A stretch of DNA of 63,132 bases from the IMG/VR virus record IMGVR_UViG_3300027759_000092, positions 1 through 63,132 of that record; one strand, given 5' to 3'. Below, in pieces: positions 18,291-26,171 of the stretch. Both the position numbers and the translations under genes were made by a program. The notes beneath the pieces were generated by a model. The model did not search any database. It was not told the origin of the DNA and saw only the letters and a list, made by a program, of their open reading frames with translations. The stretch's first letter is position 1; every line of letters starts with the position of its first letter. Source of the DNA: a virus (taxonomy: Duplodnaviria; Caudoviricetes).

Positions 18291-18729
18291 AAATAAGGGT
18301 AAACCCTATGGCCTCTAGAATCGATTTTAAGACCCCTACAAGCGTCCGTTTTGGTTTTAAGCACCCCTACCCTACCCCAACCCGTTTTGAACGATCCTGA
18401 GCCGTTCTGAGCGTTTTTTAATACTTTTGGTCAGAGTATTACTTTGCCCTCAAAGTGAATACTTATCACTACTTAGGGTTTGTCCCTATGAAAATAATTG
18501 TGTTTGCCTGTCAACGAATACTAGTACACTAGCGTTGAACCACTTGTAAGCACTAGTGTTTACACGTTACGGGATTACCGCTTTGATCCACTGACCCGTG
18601 AGGGCAAAGAACAGTGAGTAGTGCAGATCCTCCAACCTAGTAGGTGATCGGACTTGCTAGGGCTAAGAGTTTAGCCTGTAGCCCACAGGGTTACGGGGTG
18701 CGCTTTTGCACTCTATATAGAAAGCTTCT

Positions 18730-18891
18730 ATGCAGAAATTAATCAACGCCTACAAGGCCAACCCCACGTTGGAAAATGCCAAGCGAGTCTTTATGTATGA
18801 ATGGCAACATACCTTTGCTTCCATCTTGCTCAGTCTTGATGATCAAGCACTGCTTCAGCAAATCATTGCCCGTCACAACAAGGGAGAGTAA
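18730..18891 (+). CDS. small early protein (53 aa)
   Basis: Own translation MQKLINAYKANPTLENAKRV...NKGE; below ORF-track cutoff; abuts next gene. Confidence 0.6.
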   Translation: MQKLINAYKANPTLENAKRVFMYEWQHTFASILLSLDDQALLQQIIARHNKGE

Positions 18892-18893
18892 AC

Positions 18894-19085
18894 ATGTATA
18901 CCGCACAAATTGACCGCCATGGCAACATCATTGTTTGCAAGGGTGAAGTAGAACGCTCAGGCTATCAGATCTTTTGTTGGGGCACGTATAACGATTGCCT
19001 TAACCGCAAGGTCAATCCCCCCTCTGACCAACCCGCCCGTTGGCATACCCGTTCCAACGGCCAACCCCTCGACACCGAGGAATGA
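18894..19085 (+). CDS. hypothetical early protein
   Basis: 63 aa, GGGAG RBS. Confidence 0.65.
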   Translation: MYTAQIDRHGNIIVCKGEVERSGYQIFCWGTYNDCLNRKVNPPSDQPARWHTRSNGQPLDTEE

Positions 19086-19154
19086 ACTGTCAGCGTGATG
19101 CACCTTGCACGGGTGCATTGCAGTGCTAGTTCGCACTACCTTAGAAAGGACATC

Positions 19155-19394
19155 ATGAGAGCAAAAATACTTGTGACTTGGCGGGACAACCGCAAGCATT
19201 TTGGGTTTAAGTTGCCGACTGTACGCAACGATTTTTGCGAGATCACTCGCACCATCACCCTAGAGGCTGACCCCTCGGGTGTTTATGAGGATGGCCAATG
19301 GGGCTACATCACGGCCAACGGCAACAAGGTAAGGGTGTATCACTCTGATTTTGATGTCAAGCCCGAGGATGCCACTTGGCAAATTTGGAGTTAA
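19155..19394 (+). CDS. hypothetical early protein
   Basis: AAAGGA RBS before MRAKILVTW. Confidence 0.65.
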   Translation: MRAKILVTWRDNRKHFGFKLPTVRNDFCEITRTITLEADPSGVYEDGQWGYITANGNKVRVYHSDFDVKPEDATWQIWS

Positions 19395-19465
19395 GTTTTG
19401 ACTGTGATGCCCCCTTGCACGGGGGTATTGCAGTAGGAATTTCCCTACTGTTTTGGAGATCAACC

Positions 19466-20080
19466 ATGACCCTTGCTTCTATCCATGCCAACCGAGAGGA
19501 ATGGCTCAATGCCGCAGTCGATGAACTGCGTCCGTTCTTTTCAATGCGTGGTTACACGCTACCCGCTGAGATTCGGGTTGCCTGTGCCTACCCTACCAAT
19601 GCAAAACGCTCAGGCTTCAAGGTGCTTGGCGAAACCATCCCTAATACCAATTCGGCTGATGGTCATTGGGAGATCTACATCTCCCCCATTCTCGATGCCC
19701 CCTCTAAGGTGACCGAGACTCTCATCTCTCAACTGTGCCGCACCGCCAAGGGTGCGTACGCCATCACCAATCAGGCTTACGCCAAGGTTGCCGAGGCCGT
19801 CCACATTGTGCCCAATGGCACTCCCTCTAGCCCGTTCAAAGAGGTGACGCACGGCTCTGCCTTTGACATGAACTATCAGGACATCATCGACTCACTGGGT
19901 GTCTATCCCCATGCCAAGGTTGATGTCTCCATTCACAAGAGCCAAGGCACTCGCATGTTGCTTGCCCGTTGCCCTACGTGCCAATGCAGTATTCGCATGA
20001 CCGCCAAGTGGGTATACAACGCCCATGGTGATGTCGAACTGCCAACGTGCAGATGCGGTGATATGTTCGCCCTTGCCTGA
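19466..20080 (+). CDS. SprT-like zincin with degenerate HExxH and C-terminal Zn ribbon
   Basis: REEWL, SADGHWEIYISP, YPHAK, QGTRML, CPTC...CRC; ISQLCR at the expected HExxH position; GGAG RBS. Confidence 0.65.
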   Translation: MTLASIHANREEWLNAAVDELRPFFSMRGYTLPAEIRVACAYPTNAKRSGFKVLGETIPNTNSADGHWEIYISPILDAPSKVTETLISQLCRTAKGAYAITNQAYAKVAEAVHIVPNGTPSSPFKEVTHGSAFDMNYQDIIDSLGVYPHAKVDVSIHKSQGTRMLLARCPTCQCSIRMTAKWVYNAHGDVELPTCRCGDMFALA

Positions 20081-20105
20081 CCCCCGTTTAAACACATTAG
20101 AGAGA

Positions 20106-21533
20106 ATGAAAATGACTAAATCCTTGACTACAAAAGAACGCCTATTGTCTGTGCCCATAGGCAAAATCGTTGGTGCTACTACCTCCCATGGTGCACCCTC
20201 CCACTTGAACACCAAGCTTGACCGAGTCAATTGGCTTGCTGATCAGATCGACAACGGCCATCTGACCTTTGACCAAGTGCAGAATGCCACGCCTGTGATC
20301 AACGCCCCTGTGACCATTGACACCGCCCGTGTCGATGCCTTGGAGGCCGTTGCCAATCGTGCCCATGGCTACGCCTTGCAAGGCCTTGATGCTACCCGTG
20401 CCCTAGAGGGTTCGGTCATGTCTGTGGCGGGTGACATTGCCAACGTGCGTATCACCCTTGATCAGATCGCCAAGGTTCAAGCGTCCTCGATGGTTGACGA
20501 TTCAAAGGTTGCCGCTGATGTCGCCTCCGCCATTGCCAAGGCCTTCGCCCCGTTTAAACAGGCCGTCATTGATGCGGGTGCACAGGATGCAATTGCCTCT
20601 GCTACAGGTGCTACGGTGATTGACCGCAAGACCGTGCTTGATGCTTTCGGTGTTGATGTACGTGATACCAGTGGCAAGCACCTGTACGTGGACATTTGGA
20701 ATGCCCCCGATACACCCCCCGTTGACCCCAATTTCGTATGGTCAGAGGGCATCTTGCAGTACTTGTTGTTGGCTCAGGACAAGGGTGAGAACCTGTGGTT
20801 TGGAGGCGAAAAGGGTACAGGCAAGAGCGAGACGGCCAAGCAGTTTGCCGCCCGTACAGGCCGTTCATTCACCCGTATCAACTTTCACAAGTACACCACA
20901 ACCGAGGACTACATTGGCTCGGTTGGCCTTGAGGGCGGTGCTACAGTGTTTAAACGTGGTGCGTTCCTGACCGCCTTTACCGCCCCGTCAACTGTGATCT
21001 TGCTCGATGAGATCAGCAACTGTGATGCGGGTGAACTCGCCCCCCTCAACGGCCTGTTGGAAGTGAACAGTGCAGTCAACATCGGAGGCCAACCTCAGCG
21101 CAGAGCGCAAGGTGTCCTAGTGTTTGCCGCTGACAATACCCTGACCAACGGTGACTCCACAGGCCGTTATACGGGTACTAGACAGATGAATTCCTCATTG
21201 GCAGACAGGTTTTCCCATGTCGTCCAGTTTGAATTCCTGTCCCGTGACCAAGAGGTTGAAGCCCTTGTGCGTCATACAGGTTGCCATCAGGCCTTGGCTA
21301 CGCACGTAGTCAGGGCAATCAATGCCGCTAGGGCAAAGGTTGAAACTGGTGACATCATCGATGCCCCATCGATCCGCTCTGCGCTTGCATTCATTCGAGG
21401 CCTGTCTGTCCTCAGTGTTGACCAAGCTTGGCACTCTGCCATTACCGCTCGGCAACCCGCTGAGTCCCGTGCCGCCCTTGATGCAATCAAGGCCGCTTAC
21501 ATCAACAAAACCGATATCGCCTCTTGGCTCTGA
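20106..21533 (+). CDS. MoxR/CobS/CbbQ-type AAA+ ATPase with long N-terminal helical region
   Basis: Walker A GEKGTGKS, Walker B VILLDE, AADNT, SLADRF arginine finger, SIR sensor 2. Confidence 0.85.
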   Translation: MKMTKSLTTKERLLSVPIGKIVGATTSHGAPSHLNTKLDRVNWLADQIDNGHLTFDQVQNATPVINAPVTIDTARVDALEAVANRAHGYALQGLDATRALEGSVMSVAGDIANVRITLDQIAKVQASSMVDDSKVAADVASAIAKAFAPFKQAVIDAGAQDAIASATGATVIDRKTVLDAFGVDVRDTSGKHLYVDIWNAPDTPPVDPNFVWSEGILQYLLLAQDKGENLWFGGEKGTGKSETAKQFAARTGRSFTRINFHKYTTTEDYIGSVGLEGGATVFKRGAFLTAFTAPSTVILLDEISNCDAGELAPLNGLLEVNSAVNIGGQPQRRAQGVLVFAADNTLTNGDSTGRYTGTRQMNSSLADRFSHVVQFEFLSRDQEVEALVRHTGCHQALATHVVRAINAARAKVETGDIIDAPSIRSALAFIRGLSVLSVDQAWHSAITARQPAESRAALDAIKAAYINKTDIASWL

Positions 21534-21543
21534 AAGGATCATC

Positions 21544-22551
21544 ATGATCAAAGCAAAATACTTCGGATGGGAATTCAAACCCGCCCTCACTGCGGCCATC
21601 CACAAGATCGCCTCTGACCTCGGCCTCGGCACTGTCAAGGTGACCTTCCGTGCTGACATCCCCACTGCGGCCATCAACCGCCAAGGTCAGATCTACATCA
21701 CCAACATTGCCGATGATGCAGTGCTGACCCATGCAGATCTAGAGCGGTTCACAGGCTTCGCCCTGCATGAGTTGCTCCACTGGAAGTACACAAACTTCAA
21801 TGCCATCGACACCGCTCAGGTCAGCTACTTGCTCCAACTGCACAATGCCCTTGAAGATGCGTTCATTGAGAACACCGCCATTGAGAATGAATTGACAGGC
21901 AATGTCGAACACTTGCTCACTGTGCTGATCGATGGCATGGCGACTGAGGCACTCGCTGAGGTGACCGATTGGTCTGACCCCCGTCAGTACCCTTTCGTTC
22001 TCGCAGTGTATGCACGTAAGCATGGCATGGTGATCATCCCCTTGGCTAAGGGTTTGAAGCCCATCTTTGATGCGGCTTGTGTACGTTTAAACAGATGCCA
22101 ATCAACCCGTGACACATGGGACTTGGCCGTGTGGTTGTTTGCTCAGTTGTGCAATGAGTTGCCCGTACAACCTCCCGTACAACCTGAGCCTCCCGTTCAG
22201 CCCCCCACTAATCCGACTGATGAGCCTAGTGATCAGCCCGACAACGGCAACCCCTCAGATGATGAGGGCGGTGATCAGGATGGCGATACCCCTACAAAGG
22301 GCGGAAAGCCCCCTACAAGCCCCGCAGATGAGGGGGATGGGGGTGAGGACGTAGGTGATGCCAAGTCGCCTGTAAAGGACGTTAAAGAGAAGCCCAATGG
22401 TGCAAAGCACAAGACCATTGTCAAGCCCCGCTCAACCGAGCCAACCGCTGATGTCGGTGAGTCCTCTAAGTCAGGCGGCTCAACTGGTGAGTGGTCAATC
22501 AAAGAGAACGGCTATCACTTAGGTAACCGCAAGTGGACAGTCACTGTTTAA
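21544..22551 (+). CDS. CobT-N-like zincin metallopeptidase with Pro/Asp/Gly-rich tail
   Basis: HELLH...NALED motif; AAAGGA RBS; low-complexity C-terminus. Confidence 0.75.
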   Translation: MIKAKYFGWEFKPALTAAIHKIASDLGLGTVKVTFRADIPTAAINRQGQIYITNIADDAVLTHADLERFTGFALHELLHWKYTNFNAIDTAQVSYLLQLHNALEDAFIENTAIENELTGNVEHLLTVLIDGMATEALAEVTDWSDPRQYPFVLAVYARKHGMVIIPLAKGLKPIFDAACVRLNRCQSTRDTWDLAVWLFAQLCNELPVQPPVQPEPPVQPPTNPTDEPSDQPDNGNPSDDEGGDQDGDTPTKGGKPPTSPADEGDGGEDVGDAKSPVKDVKEKPNGAKHKTIVKPRSTEPTADVGESSKSGGSTGEWSIKENGYHLGNRKWTVTV

Positions 22552-22559
22552 GGAACAAT

Positions 22560-23213
22560 ATGATCCCCGCAAAACTTCGCTTTGAGATCCGCAAGATGTT
22601 TGAAAACTCAGGCACTGAGGAATTCAACATCAACCGCAAACAGGGTTCACTCAACGTGAACGCCTTAGCCAACATCGGCCATACTGACCGCCTGTTTAAA
22701 CGTAGGGCTGAGGTTGCAGGTACTGACTCAGCGGTGACTGTGGTCATCGACTGCTCAGGCTCTATGGATGGTGAGCGTATGCAGAATGCAGTCAACGTCT
22801 GCTACGCCTTGCTGACCACGCTCTCACAGGCGGGTGTCGCTACCTCTGTGGTGACGTTCTCAGGTATCGTGTCTGTCCTTAAACCATGGAATATGCCCTA
22901 CCAAAAGACCAAGCCACTGCTTGAACATCTTGATGCCTCGGGCGGCACAAACGACTATGCCGCAGTGAACTTCGCCCACGGCCTGTTACACCGCAGATCT
23001 GAGGCACGTAAGGTCTGCTTCGTTCTGACCGATGGCGAGGGTAGCCCTAAGGCAACCCATGACCAGTGCCTGTCAGGTTCACGCCTTGGCATCACGACCA
23101 TCGGCATCGGCATCCAAGAGAACGTGTCCCATGTCTACCCCAATGCAGTACGGGTTGACAAGCTTGAGGACATGGGCACTGTTGCATTCACCAAGCTGAA
23201 GCTTGCCGCCTGA
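22560..23213 (+). CDS. vWA (MIDAS) domain protein, CobT-C-like
   Basis: IDCSGSM, GGTND, VLTDG, IGIGI motifs; AAGGA RBS. Confidence 0.85.
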   Translation: MIPAKLRFEIRKMFENSGTEEFNINRKQGSLNVNALANIGHTDRLFKRRAEVAGTDSAVTVVIDCSGSMDGERMQNAVNVCYALLTTLSQAGVATSVVTFSGIVSVLKPWNMPYQKTKPLLEHLDASGGTNDYAAVNFAHGLLHRRSEARKVCFVLTDGEGSPKATHDQCLSGSRLGITTIGIGIQENVSHVYPNAVRVDKLEDMGTVAFTKLKLAA

Positions 23214-23264
23214 GGGGGGTTACCCCTCACCCTTAAAAAGAAACCAGTTGATTGGAGAGAACAA

Positions 23265-23441
23265 ATGAAAATTGAATTTATTAGCGGCTCTGAAATGCAG
23301 AGTGAAATTATTGAAACCATGCAGACCTTAATGTGGTTGGCGACTAAGGAAATATCTATGCCGCCAAAACAAATTGAGGAACTGAGAGTCAAAGCAGATG
23401 CTTTGATTGAGAAGTTTCAAAGTGACTTTGCCGTCTATTAA
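23265..23441 (+). CDS. hypothetical protein (58 aa)
   Basis: Own translation MKIEFISGSEMQSE...FAVY; GGAG RBS. Confidence 0.6.
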   Translation: MKIEFISGSEMQSEIIETMQTLMWLATKEISMPPKQIEELRVKADALIEKFQSDFAVY

Positions 23442-23463
23442 CACGTTTAAACAGGAGAGAACC

Positions 23464-23709
23464 ATGGTAATTATGCCCAACGATCCCCGTGCCATCCGTG
23501 GCAATTTCAACCGCCCACGCACCAATAAATTGGTCAACGTGGTGACCAAGCAAGTGGACACATGGGGCGAACCCTGTGATCACTATGAGGCGGGTTGCCC
23601 CGTCTGTGAGGCTTGGAAACTATTTGACAAGAACTTTGCCGCCCCGTCAGTCGATGAGGTTATGGCAGTAATTAAAACACTACGTTTAAACACAGGAGAA
23701 ACCAAATGA
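23464..23709 (+). CDS. hypothetical protein with Cys cluster
   Basis: AGGAG RBS; WGEPCDHYEAGCPVCEAW. Confidence 0.65.
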   Translation: MVIMPNDPRAIRGNFNRPRTNKLVNVVTKQVDTWGEPCDHYEAGCPVCEAWKLFDKNFAAPSVDEVMAVIKTLRLNTGETK

Positions 23710-23894
23710 AACAAATGAACCAAATGATTTTGAACATCGGCTTTGATGCGGGAGAAAACTGGCAAGAGGCCTTGGCCGATGCCTTGCTTGGCATTCAAGC
23801 AGTTGTGCGTGAGAGTGAAAAGTTGCGTATTGCTGACACCCTTGACGGCAACAACTTCACCGCCTCATACACCCTATTCGGAGAACTCAAATGA
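23706..23894 (+). CDS. hypothetical protein
   Basis: AGGAG RBS, ATGA overlap. Confidence 0.65.
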   Translation: MKQMNQMILNIGFDAGENWQEALADALLGIQAVVRESEKLRIADTLDGNNFTASYTLFGELK

Positions 23895-24061
23895 ACGAAA
23901 AGATCTACGCATACCTGACCAAGTTACGTGCCAGTGGCCGCATCAACATGATGCACTCAGGCAAGTACTTGGAGCGGGAGTTTGGCCTGACCCGTGCTGA
24001 GGCAAAGACCGCAGTACTTCACTGGATGACTACGTTTAAACGGGAGAAAACAAATGCTTGA
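23891..24061 (+). CDS. small helical phage protein (56 aa)
   Basis: Own translation MNEKIYAYLTKLRASGRINMMHSGKYLEREFGLTRAEAKTAVLHWM...; GGAG RBS. Confidence 0.65.
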   Translation: MNEKIYAYLTKLRASGRINMMHSGKYLEREFGLTRAEAKTAVLHWMTTFKREKTNA

Positions 24062-24413
24062 GATTATCAAAACCAATGACGGGTACATGGTGCAAAAGGA
24101 TGGTGAGGATTACATCTGTGATGCCAATGGTGACAACCTGTGGGACACCTATGAGGCGGCTGAGGCGGTGTTCTACGGCCATGCGTATACGCCATCCAAT
24201 CAGATCATTAGAGATGCAGTGGGCAAGGCACTTAACAAGCCCAAGACCTTCAAGGTATGGGCACGTAGTGTCTCGCACGTATACGCCCTAATTGAGGCGG
24301 CAAGTTATGAGGAGGCATGGGAAAAGGCCAAGGACATGGACGGGTCAGATTTCATCGACTCAGGCCATGGTGATTGGGACTTAGTAAGCACCGAGGAGGT
24401 GACCAATGAATGA
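24054..24413 (+). CDS. hypothetical protein with C-terminal DpnD/PcfM-like motif
   Basis: KTFKV...IEAASYEEAWEKA. Confidence 0.6.
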   Translation: MLEIIKTNDGYMVQKDGEDYICDANGDNLWDTYEAAEAVFYGHAYTPSNQIIRDAVGKALNKPKTFKVWARSVSHVYALIEAASYEEAWEKAKDMDGSDFIDSGHGDWDLVSTEEVTNE

Positions 24414-24618
24414 CCAAGAACGAATTGTCTACCTCACTGCGGCACTTAAGAACCTGACCCTGTCTGCTGATCGATACATCGATGATGGTACGTGGGTTGA
24501 GCATCTCGCACTGGACGTAGAGTTTGCAAAGGGTGTTCTTAAGGCAACACGTTTAAACACAGTAGACCAAGGCATCAGGGATGCCGTAGGCAAATTAATT
24601 ACAGGAGAGAAACAATGA
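24406..24618 (+). CDS. hypothetical protein
   Basis: AGGAGG RBS, overlaps both neighbours. Confidence 0.65.
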   Translation: MNDQERIVYLTAALKNLTLSADRYIDDGTWVEHLALDVEFAKGVLKATRLNTVDQGIRDAVGKLITGEKQ

Positions 24619-24800
24619 AAAAATTTAAAGTCCCATATGTTCGCATTGAACACCAAGTTACTTTTTTTGAAATAGAAGCAGAAGATGAGGAATCCGCTGA
24701 AGAAAAAGCGAGAGAACTTTACAGTGGTAGTGATCAAGAATTTAATTATGAAGTAGTTCATGCGGAAGAATTTATTCAAGACATTGAGGAAATCAAATGA
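24615..24800 (+). CDS. acidic DpnD/PcfM-like small protein
   Basis: MKKFKV...IEAEDEESAEEKA; AGGAG RBS. Confidence 0.6.
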   Translation: MKKFKVPYVRIEHQVTFFEIEAEDEESAEEKARELYSGSDQEFNYEVVHAEEFIQDIEEIK

Positions 24801-24889
24801 ACCACACACTATGGCAAAAACTTGAGCGGGTCTTACTGCTCATCGGCCTGATCGTTTTAATGCTTGACTTGTTTTACTGGAGGCCATAA
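24797..24889 (+). CDS. 30-aa single-TM peptide
   Basis: Own translation MNHTLWQKLERVLLLIGLIVLMLDLFYWRP; coupled to both neighbours by ATGA and TAATG overlaps. Confidence 0.65.
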   Translation: MNHTLWQKLERVLLLIGLIVLMLDLFYWRP

Positions 24890-25155
24890 TGTTTAAACAT
24901 ACAACATCTCACCCTTGGACTTTGGGCGGTTCGGGTCTTACTGTGTGGGGCTACGAGCAACAATATGGTAGACCTTTGGTTGTGAACTGTGACGCAAAGA
25001 ATGAGCGTATATCCATGCCAACCGCAACAAAACGTGCCAACGCCCGTTTGATTAGCATAGCCCCGCAGATGTATGAGATCATTGAGCGACTAGGCACTGA
25101 TGAGGCCAAGGCCTTGGTGCGTTACATGGAAAGGGATGATCATGAGGGTAACTAA
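24889..25155 (+). CDS. hypothetical protein (HT-x-x-PW...ANARLI-x-x-AP family)
   Basis: GGAGG RBS; common phage early-gene motif. Confidence 0.65.
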   Translation: MFKHTTSHPWTLGGSGLTVWGYEQQYGRPLVVNCDAKNERISMPTATKRANARLISIAPQMYEIIERLGTDEAKALVRYMERDDHEGN

Positions 25156-25381
25156 CCTGACCGAGGAGGAAATCGAAAAACTCAGCACGGCCTATCAATC
25201 CCTTATCCGATGGATACATGACAACGCCATTGACGGGGAAAGCACCATGAGTATGTTGTTCAAAGCGGCTATGACCATTGCCGTGTCCAACAACGTGCCT
25301 AGGGATGAGGTTATATCCGTGGCGGGGACGATCTATGACATGGAGAAGTTCTACCATCCAACTGCTGAGGATATCCACTGA
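25142..25381 (+). CDS. hypothetical protein
   Basis: MRVTNLTEEE start, overlaps neighbours. Confidence 0.6.
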   Translation: MRVTNLTEEEIEKLSTAYQSLIRWIHDNAIDGESTMSMLFKAAMTIAVSNNVPRDEVISVAGTIYDMEKFYHPTAEDIH

Positions 25382-25608
25382 TGGGGGTCAAGGCCATCAC
25401 TCAATCAGATCCTACGTTCCTTAAGACAGTCTACAAGCATGACTCACTGGTTGACCTAGTCAACCATGAGCGGTTCGTTGACATTGGGGAAAGGTACATT
25501 GTCTACAACCACAAAATGTGGCGTGTCTACAAGATGGGAAAGGATAGAAACCCACGCCTATGTGGATACTTTACGAACCTACACCTCGCAGTCGCCAACG
25601 CAAATTAA
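25381..25608 (+). CDS. hypothetical protein
   Basis: 75 aa, TGATG overlap, terminator follows. Confidence 0.6.
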   Translation: MGVKAITQSDPTFLKTVYKHDSLVDLVNHERFVDIGERYIVYNHKMWRVYKMGKDRNPRLCGYFTNLHLAVANAN

Positions 25609-25616
25609 AAGGAAAG

Positions 25617-25645
25617 AAAAGGGAAGCTTCGGCTTCCTTTTTTTT
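25617..25645. terminator. bidirectional rho-independent terminator
   Basis: AAAAGGGAAGC-TTCG-GCTTCCTTTTTTTTT between convergent operons. Confidence 0.85.
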
Positions 25646-25790
25646 GGTCTGCTGTGGTGCGTTTAAACGTACCCCAGGTTTGCCTGAAGCCCGCTGTGGC
25701 GTTTAAACATTGCCCGCTGTACGGCGTAAACGTTTAAACAGGTATGCTGGATATAAACTTTTTTATGCTGGGTAAATTTCTTTACCTTGT

Positions 25791-26171
25791 TTAAACAACA
25801 TCCACAAAGATCGGTGTCCGTTCACCTACATACGCACCCATGACATTGAACTCCACATACTCCATGACTTCCATGATGTCATCATTGCCTATCAACTTGG
25901 CTACGGCCTCGCATACCTTGTTGTAGTCGTATGCAATGACATCCTCCTGTCCGATCCTGTGAGCCACCCCGATGATGGCCTCATCGTATTCGGGTTCGCT
26001 GAGGAATAAAAACTCTCTATCGCCATAGTCCTCTGAGATTTCCTCCCGCTTGTTTAAACGTGGGGGTAGCTCGTGTTGTGAGCTAGGTGTTGAGCTTAAG
26101 TCGTTTAAACGGCCCGAGCTTTCAAGCTCGTCCGATGAGCTACCTGTTGGGTTGTTTAAATCAGAATGCAT
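25791..26171 (-). CDS. conserved phage hypothetical protein
   Basis: DEAIIG...YD...EFNVMGAYVGERTPIF; low-complexity N-terminus, start uncertain. Confidence 0.65.
   Translation of the reverse strand: MHSDLNNPTGSSSDELESSGRLNDLSSTPSSQHELPPRLNKREEISEDYGDREFLFLSEPEYDEAIIGVAHRIGQEDVIAYDYNKVCEAVAKLIGNDDIMEVMEYVEFNVMGAYVGERTPIFVDVV

Noticed and set aside
18568-18720. Known self-cleaving ribozyme (hammerhead, HDV-like, twister, pistol)
   Set aside because: Conserved cores and helix order do not match by eye; a covariance-model search is needed to exclude them fully.
20106-23213. Cobalamin biosynthesis (cobST) auxiliary metabolic genes
   Set aside because: No cobN or other cob genes; the motifs only support a generic MoxR-type AAA+/vWA chaperone system.
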